From IMG/VR virus record IMGVR_UViG_3300028832_000134, positions 6,086-70,085 of that record: a DNA stretch of 64,000 nucleotides; one strand, 5' to 3'. This DNA is from a virus. Its lineage: Duplodnaviria; Caudoviricetes. Both the position numbers and the translations under genes were made by a program. This document shows, in pieces, positions 30,593-39,394 of this stretch; the first letter of the stretch is position 1, and each line of letters begins with the position of its first letter. A model generated the notes under the pieces. The model did no database searches. It was not told the origin of the DNA and worked only from the letters and a program-made list of their open reading frames with translations.

Positions 30593-30619
30593 TGCCGAGG
30601 CTGAAAATCAGCCTCGGCA
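30593..30619. terminator. Terminator hairpin between convergent genes
   Basis: Perfect 12-bp stem TGCCGAGGCTGA/TCAGCCTCGGCA. Confidence 0.75.
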
Positions 30620-30635
30620 TATTTGCGTTCTTCTA

Positions 30636-31619
30636 TCAAGCGACGAGACGATCTTTGATCTTGAGGAACTTGGTGACCATACCAGCGGGAGTGTCTACCG
30701 CTCCCATTCCGGGCATCAGCTTCATGCGGTAGTCCAGATCATAGGCCTTGTCGACCTTCGCGAAGTAATGTGTCGTGAAGTCTGTCAGTGCATTGAAGAT
30801 CTGATAGTTGGTCCCGCGGAAATTGGCCAGGTTGTCAGCTCCCATGCACTGAGACAAGAAGGTATCACGCATCATGTCGACGCGCTGGTTGGCCTTGCTG
30901 AACAGCGAATCCGGATCGTTAGGATCGCCGGTCTTGGGAAAGAGCTCGTCCAGGAGCTTCTCGATGCTCTCACGAGAGACATGCTCCAGGGCCATCTTCT
31001 CACATCGGGTCTGAAGATTGCTGATTGCGGAATCTACGGAGACCAGCAGCTTGTCCATCAGATCTCTGTTGATGCCGATGTCGGAAGTGACAGGAATACG
31101 CAGCCGATAGCAGTTGTTGCTGAGGGCAGCTGCGAGTGTGTTCTGACAGACGACACGGATCGGAGTGTTGAGCACTGTGATCTTACCGTCGGGACGAAGA
31201 TGCTCGTTCATGACAACGAAGTAGTGATCAACCGCATCGTCCAGCAGCGTGTATTTGGATCGGATCTTGAAACAGCCGAACACTATCTGACCTCCGGACA
31301 GAGAAGCAGCGGTCTCGAAATCCACGCTATGATCAATCATCTCGTTGAAGGCGTTGAACGTGTCAGAATTCTGAACGATGTTGACGCGCTTCTGATTGAC
31401 TACGCCCAGGATGTCCATCGTGTCGGTTCTGTACAGAGTGTGGTATCCGGGGATCTTGCTGTGGTGTTCGGTGTACATGGGATCGGCTGCGACGGCCCAG
31501 TTCAGCTTTGCGCCGTCAATGATCTCCTGAGAGGATTTGGGAGCCTTGTCGTACTTGACGCCAAGACCGTGCCAAGGAACTTCGCCCACGTAGAGCATTG
31601 TGTCGATACTTGCAGACAT
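30636..31619 (-). CDS. DUF932-family phage/plasmid protein
   Basis: VPWHGLG, VQNSDTF, FETAASL, TPIRVVCQNTL, IFNALTDF. Confidence 0.85.
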   Translation of the reverse strand: MSASIDTMLYVGEVPWHGLGVKYDKAPKSSQEIIDGAKLNWAVAADPMYTEHHSKIPGYHTLYRTDTMDILGVVNQKRVNIVQNSDTFNAFNEMIDHSVDFETAASLSGGQIVFGCFKIRSKYTLLDDAVDHYFVVMNEHLRPDGKITVLNTPIRVVCQNTLAAALSNNCYRLRIPVTSDIGINRDLMDKLLVSVDSAISNLQTRCEKMALEHVSRESIEKLLDELFPKTGDPNDPDSLFSKANQRVDMMRDTFLSQCMGADNLANFRGTNYQIFNALTDFTTHYFAKVDKAYDLDYRMKLMPGMGAVDTPAGMVTKFLKIKDRLVA

Positions 31620-31634
31620 TTTTATTCTCCTTTC

Positions 31635-31919
31635 TTAGTTGTGATTGTCCGCCATCTGTCCTTGTGCAAATAGCGACTGAAATGTACTAGTTGCTACAAC
31701 AGGACGAACATCATAGATGAATGTGTATGCGCTGATGTGATACTTCTCGAGTTCGTAGATGTCATCCCAGTGTACTGTGACGACTTCTCCTGTCGGCCTT
31801 CCGCCTTGGCCGAGTGCGAGGTCTGCCATCGGTTGATATCCGTCCTTCAAGAAAATGCGAACAGCGTAGACAGGAATTCGCCGAATGTCAGGATACAAAT
31901 CGTTAGTATTACACTGCAT
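31635..31919 (-). CDS. Hypothetical protein
   Basis: Strong SD, follows a promoter motif. Confidence 0.6.
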   Translation of the reverse strand: MQCNTNDLYPDIRRIPVYAVRIFLKDGYQPMADLALGQGGRPTGEVVTVHWDDIYELEKYHISAYTFIYDVRPVVATSTFQSLFAQGQMADNHN

Positions 31920-31959
31920 TTGATTTCTCCTTTCCGCGTTGGTGATTACTATAACGATG

Positions 31960-32895
31960 CTACGATAATTTTCTGCGAACTAGTTCTGTGGTGATCTCAA
32001 ATTTAGTGATCGCAGGATCAGGAAGAGCGAACTTTACATCCAAAAGGATCTTCTCCATCAGACGACGGAGGCCGCGAGCTCCGATGTTTTCTGTCTTCGC
32101 TGAGACAGCAATCAGTTTTGCAGCATCATCATGTAAGGTCAAGATACATCCAAGCTGACGAAAAAGTCTCTTATTCTGCTGAAGAATAGAATTCTTCACA
32201 TTGCACAAAACATCAACCAGCTCCTGAGTAGTAAGCGGAGATGTACGGGCTATGATTGGAAGACGACCTATCAGTTCAGGAATCAGTCCGAACTGAACAA
32301 GATCCCAAGTGTAGATAGTGTCTCGATCGTTGATGCCCTCAAAAGCGCCTCCGCAGATGAAGAGAACATTCTTGGTATTCATTTGAATATACCCAACACC
32401 GTCAGGACGCTTCCGACCGCCGTCAGCCGGAACATTGACTATAGATCCCTCAACAATCTTCAACAGTGCCTGCTGAACGCCCTCACCAGAAACGTCACGA
32501 GTGATGGACGCAGATTCAGATTTTCGCGCAATCTTGTCGATTTCATCGATGTATACGATACCTTGTTCCGCACGGTGAACATCGCCGTCAGCAGCTTGTA
32601 TCAGGCGAAGCAGCACGTTCTCGACATCCTCGCCTACATAACCGGCCTGAGTTAAACTTGTCGCATCGGCTATTGCAATTGGCAGCTTCATGGCTTTCGC
32701 AAGCGCTTCAGCCATTCGAGTCTTGCCGCTGCCGCTTGGACCAATGAGAATGATATTAGACTTCTCTAACTCATCCTCTGGGTTTGAACATCGGATGATG
32801 TGATCTCGGACCGCAACAGCAAGTATCTTCTTTGCTTCTTCTTGGCCTATCACATACTGGTCCAGCATAGCTTTGATTTCTTTTGCTGATTTCAT
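31960..32895 (-). CDS. clpX: ClpX-like AAA+ unfoldase (no zinc-binding domain, no IGF loop)
   Basis: [57 protein letters not shown]. Confidence 0.93.
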   Translation of the reverse strand: MKSAKEIKAMLDQYVIGQEEAKKILAVAVRDHIIRCSNPEDELEKSNIILIGPSGSGKTRMAEALAKAMKLPIAIADATSLTQAGYVGEDVENVLLRLIQAADGDVHRAEQGIVYIDEIDKIARKSESASITRDVSGEGVQQALLKIVEGSIVNVPADGGRKRPDGVGYIQMNTKNVLFICGGAFEGINDRDTIYTWDLVQFGLIPELIGRLPIIARTSPLTTQELVDVLCNVKNSILQQNKRLFRQLGCILTLHDDAAKLIAVSAKTENIGARGLRRLMEKILLDVKFALPDPAITKFEITTELVRRKLS

Positions 32896-32975
32896 TATAC
32901 TGTCCTTTCATGACCGTTGAAAATAAAATGAATGTGTAGAAGTTTCCTCCTACACATTCTATAACGATCTATTGA

Positions 32976-33527
32976 TCATGAAAGGTCATATCTGCTGAGT
33001 TGTGCTTTCCATCTGCTTATGCCATTCCCGTCACTAGGTTCATCTAATGTGCTCAGCCATCGTTTTGACCAGTTCCAGCTATCAGCAACGTTGAATCCGT
33101 CATAATCATTCCGAACCCACAGCCACTTCGAATGCCAGATGTAATTGGAGTGACCAGTGCTAATTGATCCATCGCTGCAATCGACTGTGATGTAATCACC
33201 AACTACAGGTTCTCGAGCTGTATCAAAATCAGGGGCTTCTTGGAATGATACTTTTTGTGTTTTTGGGCTCCATCGAATGCAGTTGTATTGGAAATCTGGA
33301 TACGCTTCCTCAAGAATCTCTAAAGCGTTGTGCCAACAGCTAGATGGCACTACTTCTTGAGCATAGTCCTTGTGCACATAGATGTCTCCTCCAATCTCTT
33401 TGCCTACTCCGTACTTAGTGCTCCGCTTGATGACGCTTCCTTTCTTCGTCTTAAGCGGCCCTCCTACTGCTGTTTGATTTTGATTGTAAGTTACCGGATC
33501 GGTAGCAGTTCTAATGTATCTTTTCAT
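32976..33527 (-). CDS. Hypothetical protein
   Basis: 183 aa, starts MKRYIRTA. Confidence 0.7.
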   Translation of the reverse strand: MKRYIRTATDPVTYNQNQTAVGGPLKTKKGSVIKRSTKYGVGKEIGGDIYVHKDYAQEVVPSSCWHNALEILEEAYPDFQYNCIRWSPKTQKVSFQEAPDFDTAREPVVGDYITVDCSDGSISTGHSNYIWHSKWLWVRNDYDGFNVADSWNWSKRWLSTLDEPSDGNGISRWKAQLSRYDLS

Positions 33528-33528
33528 G

Positions 33529-33924
33529 TCAGTTTATTCCATTCGGAAGGTGAGTTCTCTTATCACCCGTGAGCTTCCGGTACCTGTAATTGTTTCTTAT
33601 GTACTGCCAGAAGAAATGACCTTTGGATGGTGCGGTGTGCCAGCGGCGATACAGAGTGACAGGAACATCAAAATACATGTAGATGTCATCAGGGCCTCCG
33701 TTTCGTCCTTTGAACTGAACAACTACATCTCCGGTTGGATCCCCGTTCTGGCGGATGTTGATGTTATATGCCCATATGTTAGACGATTTGACACGAACCA
33801 TGTTCTTCGTCAGATCTCGACTTGAAACAGCACATTCAATCACATCATCTCGATAATCTGAGATGACAAAGGACATCTGAACAATTACAGGGATTGGCCG
33901 TACTAGTATCTTCATGAGGAACAT
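33529..33924 (-). CDS. KTSC-domain protein
   Basis: VKSSNI...VQFK...YMYFDVP...APSKGHFFWQYIR. Confidence 0.8.
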   Translation of the reverse strand: MFLMKILVRPIPVIVQMSFVISDYRDDVIECAVSSRDLTKNMVRVKSSNIWAYNINIRQNGDPTGDVVVQFKGRNGGPDDIYMYFDVPVTLYRRWHTAPSKGHFFWQYIRNNYRYRKLTGDKRTHLPNGIN

Positions 33925-33963
33925 CCTCCTAGTATGCTGATCTTACAGCATTATAGAAGGTTC

Positions 33964-34320
33964 TTAGCTGTAGAAGATAATTGCATACATATCCGGTTCG
34001 TCACTTGCATGCGCTGTAGTTCGCCAGTTGTCTCGATTTTCAGGGATTTCAGTCTTGTTCTCATCAAAGATGATGCTATGATCATACTCTACTACGCTCA
34101 TGCTCCGGTGAGATAATGTAGTGTAAGTTACAACATAGCAAGCTCCACGACCTAGATCAGGAACTGCGGTTGCAAGCCACCGGAACCACTCAGGCGTATT
34201 CATTTCAATCGCTCGATCTCGCAGAGTAGCCGAACAATAGAACTTACCGTTGGGCTTGTAAGACGAAACATGGACTTCCATTTCGCCGGACTGTAAAGGA
34301 TCATGATCCGCGAATCTCAT
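33964..34320 (-). CDS. Hypothetical protein
   Basis: SD GGAGG. Confidence 0.55.
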   Translation of the reverse strand: MRFADHDPLQSGEMEVHVSSYKPNGKFYCSATLRDRAIEMNTPEWFRWLATAVPDLGRGACYVVTYTTLSHRSMSVVEYDHSIIFDENKTEIPENRDNWRTTAHASDEPDMYAIIFYS

Positions 34321-34531
34321 CTGAAACCTCCAGTTCTAGTTTAGCAAGACGTTCTTTCTTCTCTTTGCGTCGTTCATCCATAAAGATGTAGTACAAGAAT
34401 CTGAATGCAGCTTTGCATGCGCTACCTAGATCAAAATCACGCTGTGTAGTAGCTTCGTCAAGCAGCTTTTGTCCATATTCTTGTCCATTCCACGCTAGGT
34501 TGAGGCCTTCTGTTATTGTATCTTTATCCAC
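34301..34531 (-). CDS. Hypothetical protein
   Basis: Packed in operon. Confidence 0.5.
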   Translation of the reverse strand: MDKDTITEGLNLAWNGQEYGQKLLDEATTQRDFDLGSACKAAFRFLYYIFMDERRKEKKERLAKLELEVSDEIRGS

Positions 34532-34546
34532 GATATTACACTCATT

Positions 34547-34948
34547 TCATAAACAGTATCTACTACATAATGCTGCATCAGGAACGAACAGCTTCTCTCT
34601 TTTGAGTTCCTCTAGCTTGTTGTATTGAAACTGCGTGATAGATTCTGGAGCAATCATATTGCGCATCCAGAGTGAAATGCATCCTGTGATATTGCACAAG
34701 TACTTGCAGAAATCGAAATAGAATTCTGGAGGGCATTCGTCTCCGATCTGCTTCCGAGTTTTATTCAGAGTTTCACAAGCAACAGCTATCAGCTTCTCTT
34801 GATGTGAAGGAACAGCATATTCTACAGTTCCATCTGGTCTTACAATCACCTCAAGATAGTTAACATAGTGTGCCTTATGTTGTTGAATGTCGAACTTACT
34901 GTGGAGATCATAAGTATTGCCACGATTTGACTTTGTATCTGCAATCAT
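34547..34948 (-). CDS. Hypothetical protein
   Basis: Packed in operon. Confidence 0.55.
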   Translation of the reverse strand: MIADTKSNRGNTYDLHSKFDIQQHKAHYVNYLEVIVRPDGTVEYAVPSHQEKLIAVACETLNKTRKQIGDECPPEFYFDFCKYLCNITGCISLWMRNMIAPESITQFQYNKLEELKREKLFVPDAALCSRYCL

Positions 34949-35132
34949 CAGTTATCTCTCCATCAAATGTCCAGTACCACTTGCCATCAGCGCCAAGTGC
35001 CGCTGCACCTCCACCTACACTATCTTCGTTCTCCTCGAGATCGATACAGAGCTGAACATTTGGTTCTGGAAGCTCATCTCGGACTAGGTGTACTCCATCA
35101 TAAGGAAGTGACTTCACCTTAGCCATAATCAA
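34908..35132 (-). CDS. Hypothetical protein
   Basis: Coupled to the deaminase. Confidence 0.5.
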   Translation of the reverse strand: MIMAKVKSLPYDGVHLVRDELPEPNVQLCIDLEENEDSVGGGAAALGADGKWYWTFDGEITDDCRYKVKSWQYL

Positions 35133-35626
35133 TAGATAGTGCTGTTCATTGCAGCGTATTCGTCATACATCGCTTTGACTGCCCGTCGACTAGCTTCACC
35201 ACATAGAATTAGATCCACGATTGTGTCATCGCCGAACCCGGCGTGGCCGTTCTCGAGGAAGTCGTAGATGAACTGATCACAGAACCCGATGGCTTCTGCG
35301 TCTTTGACTTCGCCGCCAACATACACTACTTTGATGTTTGCCCAAATGATTGCACTCAAGCACATTGGGCAAGGACTACCGGTAGCGTAGAGCTCGCAAC
35401 CAGACAGATCATAAGTATCAAGTGCCTTGCAGGCTTCTCGGATGGCGTTTATCTCAGCATGAGCAGTAGGGTCGTTGTCTGCTAGGACTGAGTTAGATGT
35501 GATGACAATCACATGCCCATCCTTTACAACAGCTGCACCAAATGGACCACCTTGGCCCCGTGCCATTTTTGTCCGCGCATGATCAATACACTTCTGCATT
35601 ATCTCAGGATTGTATGTATTACTCAT
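35129..35626 (-). CDS. guaD: Guanine/nucleoside deaminase (CDA fold)
   Basis: GGPFGAAVV, DPTAHAEINAIREAC, PCPMCLSAIIWA. Confidence 0.85.
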   Translation of the reverse strand: MSNTYNPEIMQKCIDHARTKMARGQGGPFGAAVVKDGHVIVITSNSVLADNDPTAHAEINAIREACKALDTYDLSGCELYATGSPCPMCLSAIIWANIKVVYVGGEVKDAEAIGFCDQFIYDFLENGHAGFGDDTIVDLILCGEASRRAVKAMYDEYAAMNSTIY

Positions 35627-35659
35627 GAATAACCTCCCGGAGTCAAAAGATAATCAAAA

Positions 35660-35697
35660 GATAGTGTACAGCGTGTTGGTACATACTGTACACTATC
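35660..35697 (-). terminator. Intrinsic terminator after the amidase gene
   Basis: 12-bp stem GATAGTGTACAG/CTGTACACTATC followed by a T-rich run on the minus strand. Confidence 0.6.
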
Positions 35698-35709
35698 TAT
35701 AACGATCTC

Positions 35710-37215
35710 TTATCTACTCAGCTTAGTCCACACAGGAATGAAATTGTCCATCCAAGGATTGATTTTCTCAAGAGTTCGCGCTACTGCGAACACTTGATCA
35801 TCTCGATACTGACGACCAATCAGCTGAACGCCGATCGGAATATCCTGATCATTTTCTCTAATTAGACCACCAGGAACAGAGGCTGCTGGATATCCGACGA
35901 AATTGGCCAGAGGAGTTTCGGCGAACGAGATGAAATCTGTTTCGCTGTCTAGAAACTTTCCATCAATTCGTTCATTGCAGTGGCCATGCTGATGCTGTTT
36001 CATTGGAAGACAGATGGCAGTAGGAGACAAGATAAGATCATAAGACTCGAAGATATCTTCAAAGTTATCTAAGATGTCTGTCTTGACGTCGTTGAAGGAC
36101 CGAAAAACATTGATATTCATCTCCGCAGCATACTTGTTGTACGTGATGAACTCTTTTGGAACTTGCTCGAAATACTTTCCTTCAAAATTTATACCACGAG
36201 CACGCCAAGCAGCTAGATCGAGTGCAGTATCAACAGAGATCCAAGTTGCCCAAGTTCTCATTATCTCATTTACATCGTGCTTGAAGTTGAAGTGAACTAG
36301 GTCAACAGTTATTCCAGCAGATTCTAGTTTCTTTGCAACTTCCCAAGTGAGCTGTTTCACCCGATGATCTACCACAGGCCACAGATCAAAGTCGAATGTT
36401 ACAGCAACACGGAGACCAGATACTGGCATCTCCATCTGTTTTACGAAATCCACGTTCGCATTGATCGGCAAACTGAATGGATCTCTCGGATTGTAATGGG
36501 CCATTGCATTCAGCATAGTTGCACTGTCTGCTACTGTCTTGGTCAAGCATCCATTGAAGCAGAAAGGATGTGTAGCTGCCCATGCATCGGGTCTGCACAC
36601 ACTAGGCACAGTTCCAAGCGAGGGCTTGAATCCGAACAGATTGCACCAACCTGCAGGAATTCGGATAGATCCACCTGCGTCGCCGCCTTCGCCAAAGATG
36701 GCAAGTCCTGATGCAACTGCCGATGCTGTACCGCCAGAAGATCCTCCAGAAGTCCGGTTCAGATCAAATGGATTAGCTGTAGCCCCATATTGGAAATTCT
36801 CGCAAGCACCGCTGAATCCGAAAGCGGGAGCATTGGTCTTTCCGATTACGATCGCACCAAGCGACTCAGCTGCTTTACAGAACTCTGAATCATATGCGTC
36901 TACATCGGTTAGAACCGGAACACCACCGTGGGAATTTGTCCATCCGGTTTTGGAAGGTAAAAAGTCCTTCAAGCAGACTGGCACACCGGCAAACGGTCCG
37001 CAATACTCGCCGGCAGCTAATCGCTGTTCTAGCTTCTCTGCAGCCCTGAGAGCTTCATCCTTTCGAGTATAGGTGTATGCAGTTAGCAGACCGTTCCACT
37101 TTTCGATACGGTCAAAGAAGTACTCAATGATGTCGGTAGGAACAAGCTCGCCATCGTTGACGAGCTTGCCTATCTCAAGACCAGAGAGTCTCTCTAATTT
37201 AATGTCAGACTTCAA
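35710..37215 (-). CDS. Amidase-signature (GatA-like) amidase
   Basis: LKD, GKTNAPAFG, GGSSGG, GDAGGSIRIPA (Lys-cisSer-Ser triad). Confidence 0.9.
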   Translation of the reverse strand: MKSDIKLERLSGLEIGKLVNDGELVPTDIIEYFFDRIEKWNGLLTAYTYTRKDEALRAAEKLEQRLAAGEYCGPFAGVPVCLKDFLPSKTGWTNSHGGVPVLTDVDAYDSEFCKAAESLGAIVIGKTNAPAFGFSGACENFQYGATANPFDLNRTSGGSSGGTASAVASGLAIFGEGGDAGGSIRIPAGWCNLFGFKPSLGTVPSVCRPDAWAATHPFCFNGCLTKTVADSATMLNAMAHYNPRDPFSLPINANVDFVKQMEMPVSGLRVAVTFDFDLWPVVDHRVKQLTWEVAKKLESAGITVDLVHFNFKHDVNEIMRTWATWISVDTALDLAAWRARGINFEGKYFEQVPKEFITYNKYAAEMNINVFRSFNDVKTDILDNFEDIFESYDLILSPTAICLPMKQHQHGHCNERIDGKFLDSETDFISFAETPLANFVGYPAASVPGGLIRENDQDIPIGVQLIGRQYRDDQVFAVARTLEKINPWMDNFIPVWTKLSR

Positions 37216-37942
37216 TGTTGTACTCCTTCAAGTAAGCTGCACCAACCTGATCCTTCTTCCAGTTCTTCGCAAGACGATAACCGATAGGAGAGAATACGAC
37301 CTCGAAGGCCAGCTCAAGTAGCATCATCATGAACGAGCAGACGAGAACTTGCTTCCAAGTCCAGCCGAAGAACACGTAGGACACGAACAGTGCAAATACA
37401 AAATTGTCAACGAACTGACCTGCAGCAGTGGAGAGGAAACTGCGAATAGCAAATCCACCATAGGTGTCTTTCTTATCGACATGTTTGCCAACGAACTTGT
37501 TTACAACAGAATTAGTGACACCGCCAAGGAACATTGCAAGAGCAGACCCAATCACTACATACCAAGTAGAAGCAAGAGTAGCATCTAATCCGTTGTTGAT
37601 AGCTGTACTGATCTCTTCTGTAGCTCCAGCATAACTTGCGGCCCAAATGCCTGGAATCTTCACAATCAGCATATACATTACAGCAGTGAGCAGATTAGCG
37701 AGCATCGCAACGGTGTTAAGGATAGTAGCGGTCTTTGCGCCGAATCGCTTGCAGACAGCATCCATGCACAGGAAAGAGATCCATGAAACAAAGATGCCCG
37801 CCGTTGACGCAAGCCACGGCAGGTTGAAAACAGATTTATTTGCGAGGAGATTCATGGAGACGACGGAGAGGATGAAGATTGCTGTGACCATTCCAGGGAT
37901 GGCACGAAGAGCATCTTTGACTTGAGTTAGTAGCTTTTTCAT
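37205..37942 (-). CDS. yhhQ: Queuosine-precursor transporter (YhhQ/VUT family)
   Basis: Multiple TM helices, MNLLANK, SFLCMD..KRFG, RSFLSTAAGQFVDNFVF. Confidence 0.85.
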   Translation of the reverse strand: MKKLLTQVKDALRAIPGMVTAIFILSVVSMNLLANKSVFNLPWLASTAGIFVSWISFLCMDAVCKRFGAKTATILNTVAMLANLLTAVMYMLIVKIPGIWAASYAGATEEISTAINNGLDATLASTWYVVIGSALAMFLGGVTNSVVNKFVGKHVDKKDTYGGFAIRSFLSTAAGQFVDNFVFALFVSYVFFGWTWKQVLVCSFMMMLLELAFEVVFSPIGYRLAKNWKKDQVGAAYLKEYNIEV

Positions 37943-38012
37943 GATTGTTGTTCCTCCTAAGAACTTCTAGATTTTGTACTACTTGATGATCAGATACCTC
38001 CATTCAGATCAA

Positions 38013-38054
38013 TCATGAAGTCCGAGGAACATTCTTCGCGTGGTTCATTTTCAT
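38013..38054 (-). CDS. 13-aa leader peptide MKMNHAKNVPRTS
   Basis: Perfect AAGGAGG SD 7 nt upstream of ATG. Confidence 0.5.
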   Translation of the reverse strand: MKMNHAKNVPRTS

Positions 38055-38061
38055 GTTACTT

Positions 38062-38113
38062 CCTCCTTTATTTTTGTTTTACGAGGGGCTGTCAGGATGC
38101 TACAAAACCCTCG
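38062..38113 (-). promoter_or_regulatory. preQ1-I-like riboswitch candidate
   Basis: CGAGGG-loop(U...C)-CCCUCG-UAAAACAAAAAUAAAGGAGG upstream of yhhQ, starting about 7 nt after a promoter motif. Confidence 0.55.
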
Positions 38114-38157
38114 GTAGATATACTGTAACGATCTACGCAACTTTATATAAGGTGATC

Positions 38158-38625
38158 TCACATCACATTCGGAGGACTAAAATAGCTCACAATTGCATAG
38201 CGATCTTTCAATCGCGTGTAGCGGAAGATAATGACCTGACGATTCAGAGCAGACCGGACTGTATCGGTTTCTTCTGCTTGGATGCGCTTGAGAGTGTAGA
38301 ACACAAAAGGCATACTCTGAATGATCATGTCGTGAATAGACTTTTCTTCCGGAAAATCAGGATAGAGTGCGCAGTTTGCATGATCAGGAAGATAATCCGC
38401 AAGCTGCTTTAGCGTGTTGCAGATACCTGTACTATCAAGCAATGCATCAAACTCAGATTTTGTCAACAACCTATCTGAAAGATAGTACAATGCTGAGGTA
38501 GAACCTTCATTGATGATATTGACCAGAGCGTCCATTACACTGCGCCAGAATTTATGAAATTCTTCACCGAGTTCTTGTGTACGAACTACTCGACAGCAGT
38601 CTTTCAGTGTGAAATGATTAACCAT
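38158..38625 (-). CDS. Hypothetical protein
   Basis: 155-aa ORF. Confidence 0.55.
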   Translation of the reverse strand: MVNHFTLKDCCRVVRTQELGEEFHKFWRSVMDALVNIINEGSTSALYYLSDRLLTKSEFDALLDSTGICNTLKQLADYLPDHANCALYPDFPEEKSIHDMIIQSMPFVFYTLKRIQAEETDTVRSALNRQVIIFRYTRLKDRYAIVSYFSPPNVM

Positions 38626-38959
38626 TGGTACCGACCTCTTTCACCTTATTTGCTAGTTCGTTGAAACAATCAGAACATAACACAATTACATGCCCCATTC
38701 TATCATTGCTGAATTCTATCTCTCGAACATCTTTGCGAGAGAAACAGCAGTTACAAGAACAGGCAAAGCTACCTTCAGGCTTAGTTATAGTGATCATCTG
38801 TCTACCTCCAGAGGTTCGAAATCAGGACAGTTGTCAGCGTCATATTCGTCTCCACAGATCACATTGTCCAGAAACCACTTACAGCAAGACGGGTCACCTT
38901 TTTCACGCGCATCATTCACGCGTTTGTTGACTTTGCATAGCTGACAGCGTTCAAACATG

Positions 38960-39394
38960 TTATAGTCCTCCATAGGCTCGAAGACGTTCTTGAATCTGTT
39001 CGAGGCCTGGTATTGTATTAAGCGCGTCTTGAATAGTAGGCTGAGACTCATCTCGAATGTTGGCTACGCCGATTTGTACTGACACTACAATGTCAAGATC
39101 GCTTTCGAGCGTCGCCCTGTAGCGTAGTAACGATCGCTGAACGATCAACTGAGCGATGTTCGAAGCTACATTTTCTTGCAACATATTCGTTAGATCGTCA
39201 CGATTGAATACTCCGAGGTTTCTTCGATCCAGTCGAACCTGAGTCCCGAACTGCTGTATGTCCGGACGGCGCATCAGCTGTTGATTGATGTATCGCTCAA
39301 CATCCAGCTTTGCTTGAAGATTGCTGATCGTTGTGAGGAGCTGCTTGTTCTCTTTCTTCAAGCGACGCCGCTGCTGCTTGACTTGACGATTCAT
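38960..39394 (-). CDS. Hypothetical coiled-coil protein
   Basis: Coupled to the ParB-like gene. Confidence 0.6.
   Translation of the reverse strand: MNRQVKQQRRRLKKENKQLLTTISNLQAKLDVERYINQQLMRRPDIQQFGTQVRLDRRNLGVFNRDDLTNMLQENVASNIAQLIVQRSLLRYRATLESDLDIVVSVQIGVANIRDESQPTIQDALNTIPGLEQIQERLRAYGGL

Noticed and set aside
30768-31673. 301-aa plus-strand ORF
   Set aside because: Antisense shadow of the GC3-rich DUF932 gene, with no SD or motif; same for 36539-37072, 39769-40257 and 19029-19610
35710-37215. GatA of a GatCAB transamidosome
   Set aside because: No gatB or gatC in the window and the gene is coupled to yhhQ; kept as a generic amidase
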